Shown here: piece after piece, positions 12,562-26,400 of the stretch
How positions within the stretch are numbered: position 1 is the stretch's first letter
Layout of the letters: every line of letters begins with the position of its first letter
NCBI GenBank assembly: GCA_012295275.1
Contig: CM022670.1
Span: forward strand, 34,658,001-34,722,000
Length of the DNA: 64,000 nucleotides
Source: Chrysomallon squamiferum
Taxonomy: Eukaryota; Animalia; Mollusca
Reading direction: 5' to 3'
Made by a program: the position numbers and the translations under genes
Notes under the pieces: generated by a model
Database searches by the model: none
What the model was told of the DNA's origin: nothing
Seen by the model: the letters and a program-made list of their open reading frames with translations, nothing else

Positions 12562-15500
12562 ACAGAGACTAGTGAAGAGCATTAAGCATTTAAATATTTA
12601 CTGCAAATACACCATTTGACTGACTGAAATTATCCAAATGGGAACTGTTTGTGAAATATTATCTTTGCAATCTTTGTATTCATTTTACACCTCCAGTTAA
12701 TTATGTATGTTTACAACTATGATTTCTTTTAATGTTCTCAGGCTCTTTTCCGAATTAAAAGATAAATTTGAAAAGAGGGATTGCTTGTGATCGTATGCAT
12801 CTTCCCACTTAGCTCTAAATTGGATCTGATTCTTGGATACAGTCCAATAACTTCTTCAGGCTCTTCTTAGCCCTTTGGCCATCAAGTCTGGTGATTCTGA
12901 TCGTTCGATAACATAAAATGTGACGATTTTTATAGTCTTTAATAATACAGTGTTGTAACATTTTGTCTCCATCACACTGAAAAGAACAGACATCAGCCTG
13001 TATCTTCAGCAATTCAATTATCAGTAGATAATTTATTTACTATCCAATTCTAATGATTGTAGTGTGTTTAAGATGAGTCTGAAGGAAGTTAGTAAAAATT
13101 GATGAGTTCTAAGAGCAATAAGAACAGAGCCAAAATTTGGGGTGGTATAATCACTGTCCAATTTGAATGTTGTACTTGTTCATCTACATCTTATTTGCTT
13201 TCCATTGGTTGGATGGTTTCAACAGCATCTGTCTGGTAACAGGGTAAAATCTCATTATCTCAGTTTGGTATATTGTAACTGCTGCAGTAATCTTCACTGT
13301 AGTGAATCAATAGGAATTCTGAATTATTCTTGCCGTGGGGCAGATAGTAATTTGCACAGAGTTATGAAAATCTGAGACGTATATTGAATTTTATCACTTA
13401 ATTTTTGAATTAGTGGAAAGATTACTGGGAATAATGACAGGATATATTGGTATTAAATTTCTCATATTGATCAGTTTTTCAAATAACTGATCTGGAATGC
13501 TGTATTACTAAAACGAGTTTGGTGGTTCCTTTCTTGATTTCTAAAACGCAGTTCAGAAAAATTATGTATGAGACATTGTCATTGTGAAGTTTTATTATTC
13601 ACAGTGCACAGAATGTTAATTGAACTTTTGATATGCATTGTGATTAATACAAAAATAAACTTTGGTTTTGGTTTTTTGCACTTTTTAAAATTATAAGCCT
13701 TTCAGTTCTCTTGTACATGAAAGAACATTGATATCTGCAACAACAGCAAAAATATATGTCACTGATTAACTTAGGTACATGCTAAATGTTTCTTCTGATA
13801 TATTTTAAAATTCAATTAGCTAATTCTTACATACTTATTGCCATAAACTAACAAATTAATTATTGCAAATTGTATATAATGAAATAGAAGGAAAGTCTGA
13901 AAAGGTTTCAATATGAGCATAAATAGAGATAATAGATGTCAGAGAGCAGGTCACAATAATGCTGGATTATAAATACACTCTACAGTTTTTCAGGGTACAG
14001 AAAGTGTCTGAATGAATAATCAAATACTTGATGACATCTTGAAATATTTTTCTTTTATTCAGTGTCATTTTTTTCGTTTCTTTTCTTCTTATTATTTTTG
14101 GAATGATGATGAAATGAAAGAGGAAATCAGATTTCAAAAATTGCTATTACTGGTCAGCATCAACAGATTTTTTATATGCATTTTCCTAGAAGTAGGAAAT
14201 TACATAATGACTACTTTGATACACTAGATATAGGATATTGCCATATGCTGCTGAGTATGGAAAATGGCTCAATTGGTGTCCAGAGGAAAATTGAACCTGC
14301 ATTCCATCATGCCTTTTGTGATTGCACTACCACTGAGCTAAAACATCCTCCAATAGCCTTTGGTATAAATCTAATTAATCAAAAGAGTTCTTAATTCTGG
14401 ATTTAAAAGGTTTGAAAAAATTGTTACAAATTATAGTAACATTTCTTTACTTTTCTTCCTTTGCTTTTACTTTAAAGAAATTATTTCCAGAAAGGTTTTG
14501 AAAAAAATGGTTACAAATTATAGTAACATTTCTTTACTTTTCTCCTTTGCTTTTACTTGTAAGAAATTATTTCCAGAAAGATTGTTTTAATATGACACAG
14601 AATAAGCTGTAATACATGAATTAGGGCCTGAAACAACAGGCTGATGAGACAGTATGGGAGGTTTAATGATGTGGAAATCTGTATAACTTAATGTTGAAAT
14701 TTTCAAAGATATCATTTTGAATAAATGTAAATACTCATCAGACGTCATTGTGGTGATGTCCTTAAAAAGTCAAAGAAACTGATCTTCCAGAATCTTAACT
14801 CAAACCATGAGTGGAAAGTAGACAAAAATTATTTTAAAGCAAATCAATATTTTGTGCTTCTGTGCAGCATAATGCAGAGGGTTCTTTCATTTTGAACAGT
14901 TTTAAAATAAGTGTTTGCAGACGATCCACACACTGGACCATCAAATGGATTTAAAAAAAAAAAAAAAATATTAAAGTAATATTCGCTTTATGAGAAATAT
15001 TCCTAATTTAGAACAGTTCAGCTCCTTATTTGACTTTTAATCTTTTTTCTTTTTCATATTTATTTTATTTTATTTTTTTTAATTTTGTTTCCTGTTCAGA
15101 TTTATTTATGAAAGTACTTTTTTGTGTCATCCAGTTCTTTAATTGATTGACATACTTAGACAACTCGGCCATATCTAATGGTTTACTAACGTATGTTTAC
15201 AGCAGCATAGCAGGACCCATTTTGAGTGTAATTGCATTATGAGTAAATACTCAATAATTAAACAGCAATTTACTGCCTAGAGGTTAACACACATTAGCAA
15301 TATTTATCATCAATCCACCTGAAAATTATTTGGTTGGTCTCTTAATATCCCTTTGTTGTTCCCAGCACACAATTGCGTTTATAATGTTTTAGCTGCAGTA
15401 ATATTAACACAATATTTGTTCAGTGTAATTATGAGAGATGATTGATGTTTGATGTCAAAGGTGTGGATGCTGCTGTATGTCACAGTTGTAATATTTGATT

Positions 15501-18500
15501 AATCAAAGAAACATTTGAATAGCAGAATACAGTGATGATAATTGCCACTTACAATACTAGTGAGAATACTTATAAATATTATCTGTTCGTATTTGTGATT
15601 GATACTTAATGCACATAATATTTTATGTGGATAAATTGTGGCATAGTTATCTGCTCTTAATGGATTCAAATTAATTTAAATGATTACAAATAATTAATAT
15701 TAAAATGAAGGTCAGTTTATTTTTAGTTTTTGCATGTTTATATATTTCTTCACATATTTTGCAATAATGCTTAAGTTAGTTTAAAATGTATTCAGTTTTG
15801 TTTGTTTATTTTAATTTTTTTAATTTTAATTTTTATTTGCATGATTATTTTGCATAGACAAAATAATTTACAAACACAATAATAATAAAAAATAATAATA
15901 AATAAAATAAATAAATAAATAAATAATTAAAAATAAAAGGATGAGAAATAAAAGGCCTTTCTTTATCTATTGCCAATTCAGTTAATAATATTCCATACAT
16001 ATTTTCCACTTGTTCCAGTTTACATTACAGAATTAGTAAATTATAAATGGAATCAAATAATGAAAAAATACCTTTTACTTGAGTAAATTTGTTTCTTTAT
16101 ATTCATTCAAGCATAAATTTACCAAATCTGTATGATTTTTTTAATTTAAATTTTTTTATTCTTTGTTTGTTTGGATATTGTTGTTTTTTTTTTGTTTTTT
16201 TTGGATTCTGTTTTTCCTTAGAATCATAAAAATAAATGAATAAATAAATTATAGTTATAATAATAAAGTATCATTTTTTTAAATCTCAAAGTTTTATTTT
16301 TAAAAAAAATTCACACACTTTATAGTCATTTTTTTAATTTAACAATATAATTCCCCCGCCCATAGTTTTGAACACATTTGCTAAAAAGTTATGATAATGC
16401 TTAATATTTTCTTATATTAACTGTGTCAGTTTTACTTTCAACATTTCATGACTATTTGGTCATTGTTATCATTTTTAATTATTTATTTAATTATCATTAT
16501 TTTCAGATACACACACATTTTATGGTTAAGTAGATATAATAAAAATGGTAAATCACAAGATACGTACAAAAAAAAAACCGAAGAAGCAAATTCTTACCTT
16601 TGGTTAGACGTCAAGTATGCTTGTGATTTTTCAAATATTTTTTAGAACTAGGATTATTAACAAATGATTGCTGTCAGACTTGTTAGTCCAGTGTTGTTTG
16701 TTAAGACTGCTGCACACATTAGACTTTCCAAACATCATCTTATTGTTTCATTGATTTGTACGGCTTACTAGAGCTCCTCGTGTTTTCTGCAGTAACCGTT
16801 GACAGATTACAATTATGGTTAATCAATGTTTCTTGTACTGATGTAGGATATGTATTTTAGAGCAGTGTTGTCTCTAGGGGTCACCCAATCACCATTAACT
16901 CTTTAGTGGTTAGAATATGATTAGTTTAAGAATATCTCATAAAAAAATAGCTTGATTAATTTAGAAAGCTTGTTATTACTTTTTTAAAAAGTAGTTGTTT
17001 GTTTTTATTTAATGATGCTCCTTATCACACACAAGGATATAAGGATGCTTCTTGTCACACACACAAGAACACACACATGCACACACATGTACACACATAC
17101 ACACATACAGCTGAGTACAGAAAATGGTTCAAATGGTGTTCAAAAGGAAAACTGAACATGCATTCCATCATTTTCTCATTTCTCTATCACAGAGCTAGAA
17201 CATCCTCTGATATACTTTGGTAATTCATACTCTAATTAAAAGAGTTCTTAATTCTGGATACAAAAGTTTTGCAAGAATGGTCACAAATTATATCAATATT
17301 TCTCAGTTTTAATGCAATTTAAGGAACAGTTTTTTTTAAATTTTAGATTCAATAATTGCATTTAAAAGCTTTTCAGTTCTTTCTTTTCCAATATTTAGAG
17401 TTCTTCTGTGTCTAGATAGTGAGTAAACTACTGCACAAAACAACTGTGGAATAGTTTTACTGTAATATTATAAATAGTATAAACTTTGACAGTATTTATT
17501 AATATTTATAAGACATAACTGTTTCAATTTATTATTTTTTAAATTTTCTTTCTTTTTTCATTCATTCTTTCTTTCTTTCTTTCTTTTGGCTTGGGAAGTA
17601 ATCTTTACTGCTTTGATTTTAGTTGCATGACCAGTACTAATAACTGACAAACAGATTAAAAGTCAAACCATCTGAATAACATTTCTGGAAAGAAATTGTA
17701 AGTTAATAAAATATATTATTAGGATAATAAAATTTGAAAAGCAGTCAGTGTAATTCTTTAAGAAAGCAACAAAAACAAAACAAAAATAAAAAGAAGAAGA
17801 AAAAAATAATAATATTACTGCCCAAGAGAAATATGATTACAGCCATATTGAAATCCTTTGGGTATGTTCATTCTTACAACTCAGACATATAATAAATGTT
17901 TATATCAGATTAGACTGCATCTAATTTCACACGAGATGAACGTAATTGCCATCTTCAGCACAACTGTCTTTGGTTAAAAAAAGTAAAAAAAGAAAAATCA
18001 TTTCAGATACTCCAAATCCTTGAATAATTGAAGGTATCTTTGATGTATAACTTCATATTTTATTGGTAACTGGAAATGATAAGACTGAAGTTTTTTTATT
18101 TTTTTTTTGAGTATTTCAAATCAAATTCAGGACAAAAACTGGGTGAAGTTTTGTCATTTTCCAAACAGATGGCAATTTATTTTTAGCTAAATATGCCAGT
18201 ATACAGTATCCAACAATATAACCAGCTGAATACATTTTAAGTGTTTGTTAATAAATAAAAATGTTTAAATGAATAAATATTTAATGATGGATGAATACAT
18301 TTTGATATCAAATTTTTATGATGATATAAGAAAGGAAGTCAGTGGTATAACTTATTGTGCTAACTATCACTGTACCACCAAACAGCTGTAAAATGGCTAT
18401 ATCATGATATCAGCATGAATGTTTTGTATCATAAATATTTTTTAAAATAATTTTTAAAAAGACCAGTCAGGTGATCACTATACTTCTGAGACTGTTTTTA

Positions 18501-20758
18501 AATTATGTTGGATCTAAATTCAATAATATAAATACTGCATTGGTATAGCCAGACCCATTGATCATTTCAAATTGGACAGAATGCTTTTATCTGTTTGGAA
18601 TATATTCTGTATCAATTATTTAGGACAGTTTTATTGCATAGCAACAGCTCACTAGAAGGAGCAAATGACAGTAATTAATACTATGACTGATTATGCATTA
18701 TGTGAAGTGCTTGCTGGCCTAATGACTTAATTTGACACTGTTACGGACCTGGACAACTGCTCTTCAGATCTCATCTGTTTGCCTGATTAAAATATTTGTG
18801 TTGGTACAGTAAGGCTTACCGTCTTCTAAGCATTTGCTAATCAGTTCTGAAAGCTAGAAGAAACTGACAATGTACATGATATAAATTTTAAAATATTCTG
18901 ATGTTTTGACAAACAGAAAACTTTGAATGACATTATGTATTTTATATGGCTTGTTTTCAGTTTTGTGTTTGTTGTTCTTATTTTATTTTAAGGTATATAT
19001 AATTTAAATTTTTTTTATTTTATTTTAAAACATAAACAATTTTGTGTAACTGAATTTTTTGTAAATGAATTTTGGATACAAAAGTGTATATAAAAGTGGA
19101 TATTTAACATATTGTCTTCAGACCTACCACATTCTTCCCATTAAGAACATGGAATATTTGTTATGCATGTTTCTGAAGAAACAGTGAAGAACCTACCATT
19201 GAATTTTTTAATTGTCTTAGCAAATTATCTCTTATTTTCTTCTTGCCTTGACCTTTTTGTGGTAAGTACATAAAATAAATTCAATATATATCTGTTATTC
19301 ACTGTTAATAAAATAAAATATGAATAAATTAATCATGAAAGCCAATATTAAATAGCACTACACGGATCTATTCTACATGAACACAAGGTCTGATTTCTTG
19401 CAGTTGAGCTTGCAAAACTATAACTTGGCATATAATCTTCTTGTTGTTTAATCAGTAGTTTGATTATTTGGCTACCATGTCTGAAGGTTATTGATTATTG
19501 TATGATGTTATGCATGCAGTTGTGTAAATCGTCATCTCGAATCTTGATTAGCCTTTGTCTATGTTTGCTAAACGTCTGAAATCACTTCATCACGAACTGG
19601 CTTTACAAACACAATCTAATAACTGTTACTTTATCAGAGAAGTTATTGAATTTTTTTTTTTTACAAGACGTTTTTTTTTCTTCAGCTTGTATTCAAAGAA
19701 TTTAATACTTGAAAGAAGGAATATTGTTATGACCTTTGATGTAGTTTTCCAGCTTTCTCTGAGATGACTACAGATTGAAACTTTGTCTTAAGCATTCTGG
19801 ATCTCTTGTTAGATCATTCCTGCAAACAACAAAACATGGGCTCTGTCATTCCCAGGACAGTCCGTTTCACAATACTCTATACTTTATGGGAAAAAAACCC
19901 AAACAGTTTATTTATTTATTTGTTCTGTTATGAAATTGATGCATATCTGTTGTTGGTTCCATCCAGTTTTATGAATTATTTCTTCAGTAAAGGTGTTCAT
20001 TAAAGTGAACTGTTAAAACTATCAATTAAGTCTTGTTTATTATATTTTATTTTATTTTATTTGTGTTAGAATTAAATGAACAAAGAATGCTTATCTAATT
20101 TTTTAATTAGTTACTTATTTAGAATTATTTCATATTCTCTGATTATTAAAAGTATTGATTTTATGTATCATGTTGTGAATATTACAGAATGTTTCTCTCT
20201 CTGTTTATACTTACTGAAATTAAATGCTATTGGTATTGAATTTTGTATCTTACTGGTGAATTGTAAATTTGAGACAGTTTTGTAATTCAGTAGCTGAAAG
20301 TGATAATATGAAATAATAGAATAAGCAAGTGCAAAATGTCACAACCTTTTTATATTTTTTATATAAATAACACAGAGTGAGTTGAAATCAATAACAAATT
20401 CTCTTTTGGGAATTTATGCTTTTACAGATTTTCTTCAAGTTCATTATAAATTTATTCACTTTTCTGATATATTTCTTTGCTGTTTATGACTTATAAAATG
20501 TAAAATGGTTACCTCAGATAATAATTTTATTTTTATTATCTTTCTGTTACTGATAACATTTTTAAAATGATAGACTTTGTCTTTGTTTATAAAGAAGTAC
20601 CCTAAATTGAATTTAAATAATTTTAAGTTGTTATTTTATATTTCTTTAATAAAATTTGCTAATAGTAAAGTGTGACAATAAAATAACAAACTCATAAAAA
20701 TGCTGTGGGGCTGAAAATTTCGTTTTTATCATTATATTTTATTTTATTTTATTTTATT

Positions 20759-20801
<43 letters not shown>

Positions 20802-21792
20802 TACAGAGAAATATAAAAATAACCTGACAGACTGAGTAAATGTGACAGACTGCAAAGTTGGCATGTCCTCAGTCTGTCAGGGAAACCTTTTATTTCCACA
20901 TGAAGAATGATGATGTGATTAAAGATAAACCATCAGCCAGGAAGCATTTTTACAAACTTGTTATTTTATTCTCATACTTTATTATGATTGGAAGCAGATA
21001 TAGAAATTTTTATATATTTATGAAGGCCACTAAAGACACCATCAGAGACATATTTTGTTAATGCCTTTGCTGCTGTAATTACTTTTCTCTTCTGTCTTTA
21101 GAATTAATATGCAAAAGGAAATGATAGTGTTTATTATTATTTTTTTTTATTATTATTATTATTATCTTTTGATAAAGGTATTATAGTTCTGTGTATTATT
21201 TTTTTTTTATCTACATAATCTTTTAATTTTTCTAAACAGAATTTAAAATGAATCTGTTTAGAAAACAGGTTTGAGTTTTGAAAAAAAAAAAGAAGAAAGA
21301 AGAAGAATTAAAGTTATTAACAATAATAATATTATTAAAACATTTTTTTTTTTTTGTCTAACAGTAAATAGTATTTATGATTATTTATGAATAGATAGTC
21401 TGTAGCTATTTTCTGTAATATATTTTATCTGTCATCACAAAGAATAATGAACAGAAAGATAAAAATACTGCCAGTATTCTGAGTGTACCTTTGGGAAAAC
21501 ACTGGAAGATAAAAATCACCAACATTTTGCCAGATATTGCATAACAGAACTCATGCCCACTTTTCCTTTACACCTGTAATAATCAATGCTTTCAACAAAG
21601 TGTTTCCTTGCGAATGGTTGTTATTAAGGCATGGTGATGACCTAATCAGAGAGAAAAAATCAATACCGTGGACTCAAGTCTGCTGGGGTACAGGCATTGT
21701 GTATCACATATTTACCACAGCTTCTCATCAGATACCATCCAGTAACAATGAATTAGTCTACAGCTTCAGTTTTCTCATCTCAAGTTCCGTCT

Positions 21793-21826
<34 letters not shown>

Positions 21827-23325
21827 CTCCTATTACTGTAGCCCAAACTGTTGCATGATTTATTATTATTATTATTATTATTTTTTTTTTTTTTTTTAAA
21901 AGAGGGAAAGAATGTGGGTGGTGTGAATGAAGCAGCCTGTTGGTCCGTCTCTAACAAGGGGCTCAACAGTCTCAGTATGAGAATGATGTCATATCTGTTA
22001 AAAGGGCAGCGATTTGTGGATTAACCAAGTTGAGATCAATACACTTGGAGACAAAGCTAGCGCTTGCTTCATTCCAGCAGTCGGTGGTGGGAGACTGGTG
22101 CATGAAGCCAGGCAGTTTCCTTTTGTCTGTTTCGGATACGCGTGATTCTCTGTGAAGCAACTGAAACTGGAGCTGGAAAATTTTAATGAATGAGTGATTT
22201 AAGTAATAACAGACACAAATGAAGACCAGAATGGGCAATATTTTAGAAGTACACTCTCTGCCTGATGACGTTTTTTTGAAAAAGGTATGTCAGTATAGTT
22301 AGAAAATACCTTGTGAAGTGTTCTCTATGAAATTATACATACTGACATTGTTTAACAGTTTACATACAGCTTCAGAGACTTAAGTATATGTATAGTAATT
22401 TTGATTTACTTATTGATGGATCAAACCCTTATTTTTGATTATTAATTAATGATGAATTGAGCAGATGATGTTATTTTACTTATGTAAACTGAGCGGTTAT
22501 TATTGCTGTTATTAATAATGAATTGCACACTTAGTATTTTTTACTTACTTTAACAGAACAAAAATTATTATGTTATTAATAATGGATTGAACAATTAGTA
22601 TTATTTTACGTTAACTGAACAGTAATTATTATTTTACTAATGATGAATAGCTCAGTATTTTATTTATATGACTTGAAGAATAATTATTGTTTTGTTGAAG
22701 ATGAATTGCATGGTTTTATTTTACTTAAGTTAACTGAGCAACTGTTGTGTTTATTAATAATGAATTGGGCAACTGGGAGCTGTGAAACTAATTTTCAGAT
22801 AATTTATAAATACATTTATTATTTTGGTGAATTCATCATCAAATATTTTCAGTTGTTAGAACATAGTAAATTGGTTTAATTAATTATGTCAGTTATTTGG
22901 CATAATCTGGACTTTATTGTTTCATATGTATGGTTGAAAAATATATATTTTGGTTGTGTACTGTTGTTAGATGCTACGAAAGAAAGCAGTGAAAACAAAT
23001 ATTAGATTTAAATTTTCTAAATTCTTATTAATATTTCTATAAATGTGTCTTATTTATATGATGTATTTATTATTGTTTTCTCTAGTTTTGACTGTTGATG
23101 AGTCTGAATTTGTATAAATACATACACATACATAGGCAGACAGCTACAAATGTTTTTTCGTTATTGACAGTTAATGGGTCTGAATTCTGACAAACACAAA
23201 AACATTTTATTCACATACAGACACACAAATGGCCATGCATACATTAATGTACAAATAGAAGTATGGTTATGAATAGTGTTATCCTATATCTTTAATACTG
23301 ATTGTTAATGGTTTTGAATTTACAC

Positions 23326-23400
<75 letters not shown>

Positions 23401-26400
23401 AAAAGAAAAGAAATAGAAGCATGTAGATATTTAAGTCATTATTCAAGTGCAGAAATATCTGTAAATGTTTGGGGTCTGGATTTTTTAAGTTTTAAAGTAA
23501 TATTGTTTTGTTAATGTGCTATTGCAAAAAAAATGTAGAAGTCAGTATAAAAAGGTCTTTATGTATACTGATTTGTCTTCAGATGTTTGTTCTTGCAACA
23601 GGTTTCCTTCCACATGTGTCCATGGGTTTATATAATTCAGAATCAAGATGCATATAATATAGGCATTTTGCACTGAGTTATGGCTTGTTCAGTTGTTGAT
23701 TAATAATGGACTTTATTACAGTTAAACAGTATTCAAAGATTAAAAGGTTAGGACTCTTCAATTCCTAGTAGATATATTCATAACATATACAAGAAAAATC
23801 AACAAAATGTTCTTATGCTTGCTTACGTTTTCACCTTTTGGCTTATTAATCAATTAAAAATACATTGAATTGATCAAAAAATGTATTGCAATAAAGCATT
23901 TTTACACTAGCCTTTTACTAAAAGAAGTTACTGAACATAAGCAGAATATTTCAGAATTCTGCATGATGTATTTTGATCCCAGCTAAATATTTATACATGC
24001 AGAGTCAGAAAATATATAAATATATATTGATATATAGATTGTGTATTTTGATACCAGGTAAATATTTATTCACACAGAGTCAGAAAATATATATATTGAT
24101 ATATAAATGCAAATACTGTATAATCCAAAGTTACAATCGGTAGAAATAAAAATATGTTCTATTTTCTGATAACATGATTTTACTGTTGACTTCCCTTTAT
24201 TGTTTAGCTTTGATGTGCTTCCAATATTATTTCTTTCAGATGTTACAAGTCCTTCTAAACCAGTAATCTGGTATTGAATTCAACATCGGAAATATTACTG
24301 TATCACGAATGGTTGCATGTTAATAAATGAACATCATCTGTTTTGGGATAATGTCATTAATTTTGTTCTTTGTATCACAGGCAGCCTTTGTATTAGTTTA
24401 TCATTGTCAGGTAACGTGATGTCTGTGTATGTGTGTATGTGTGTGCACCTTAATTATGAAGTAAAGCATTACGTTTGATGATAATTATATGGTACACTAC
24501 AGAATCATTTTTATTTATGCTTCATTTTACAAATCTGAAACTTTTATTTCAGTTAACAAATATGCTCACTGGAAAGATAACTAATAGCAATGTGTTTAAT
24601 TTCAAATGATTAATGACTAATCTTTAATACATGTTTATCTTTATTATGTAAAAAAAAAAAAAAAAAAAAAAACTGAATTAAACTTTTTGGTTTGGCTATT
24701 TGTTAAATGAAATGAAATTTAATACTGTAATAAAAAAAATCATGAATGGATCCAGATTGCCTGTGTAATTCTTCTTCACTACTTGCACAGTTATTTCTTG
24801 TTCATCTTGAATAATTTAACTATTGATTATATCATTCACATTTTGTTGTTGTTGTTGGTGGTGGGTTTTTTGTTTTACGTTTTGTTTTCTTCTAAAAACT
24901 AACAGTTCTAAAAATGTCAAAGAAAATGTCAGCTAGCTCTTCACAATCATTGTAAAAAGAATATTAATGCCCAGATCTTTTATCTGTGGAAACTCAAAAA
25001 TGTTATGCAAAAAATCTTAAGTGTGCTGTTACAGAAAATGTCAGAGAACCAGTTTAAATAGATTTATCAAAGAAATGTTTCTAAAGGTGTTAGTAAAATT
25101 GTCAAGTGGCTCTTTGGTCACTTTGAAAAGGTTGCTAATGGACTAATCTTTTATCAGTAAGATTTTAAAAATGGATCTCATCTTGTGTTAAACAAAAAGG
25201 GTTTACACATTCATTGTCAGAAAAATTTCAAGGAACTTAGTCATGTACTAGTATTTATCATTCATTAGTTTTAACAAAAGCTGGATTAAAATTCACAGTT
25301 CGGAGAATAAACAAACAATGGAAGAGTGTTGTTTGTCATTGCTCAAAGTTGTTAAAATTCCCATTATGTTGGTATATTACTTTGTTGGCTGTTCTTTGCC
25401 TGCTAATAAATCCTATCCTTATGATTTACTTGGTTGCTTTATTGATCACAACGTGCTGGGCAGTTGTGAAATAGCCTTTATTGATTGTCCATTTACTGAT
25501 GCCTCTAGTTAATGTTTCGGAAATGTCAGTGTTGCATGCATCAAGTTGCAAACTGTTAGTTATTCATAAATAGATTAAAAAGACATTAATCCTTAATTGG
25601 GATTCTTAACATTACACCAGCAGCAGAATTAATTGTAAGGGTGTTTATGATATATTCCATGATGATACATTGTTTAATGAGGTATCTTTAGTAATAGAAT
25701 TACAAAAAACCCCTAAAAAACCACCAACTTTTCTCATTGACATTCTGCTGTCATTTGGAATGGTTTTTCACAATATATGTTTATTTAACAATGATATTTA
25801 AATCTTTTCTTTTTTTATATATATAAAATTTTATATGTATTAGTAATGCTTATTTATCCTCTTGACCACTGACTATCCAGTTTTTATTTTGTTTTTCATT
25901 TATTTATTTATTTATTAAATTTTAAAAAACTCCACACACCCTTCCAAACACCCTGCCTTAGAATTAGAAATATTATTTATACTCATAATTTGATATAAAA
26001 TATTTTTGTTAAGGATTGTTGCCAAGCAATGCTTCTGTCTATTTATATACTTCTTTATTGCATAACATTAACCTGTGAATGTAATTGGACTTTAGCTTAA
26101 TACAGTAACAAAACTTTTCAGTGTGTGGACACTTAATTAAAAGGCCATTTAATTTTGTCCCAAAAGATCCATATCGAAGACAAAATGAACATTTGGTCTG
26201 TAAGTGAACATTGTTAGCGAAGAAGTTAATTTCAGAGATCACTAATCTGTCTGTGTGGTGTTCAGAATTGAGTTTCTCACTAAATGATCTTGTTTTCTTT
26301 CGTAGACATTTTGACATTGTGGGTTAATTTCTTGTATTGAGCCCTGGATATTGATTCCTCTCTGAATCATCATTTTGCCTATGGGTTTGAATTAGGAGGA

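Noticed and set aside
12815-13012. 65-aa minus-strand ORF in a balanced-composition region (possible nested gene)
   Set aside because: No recognisable domain and no chain of compatible exons found.
19122-19261. AG...GTAAGT-bounded 140-nt segment in intron 1 (possible poison or UTR exon)
   Set aside because: Splice-like words are common in 22 kb; the length is not a multiple of 3 and there is no homology; unsupported without RNA data.
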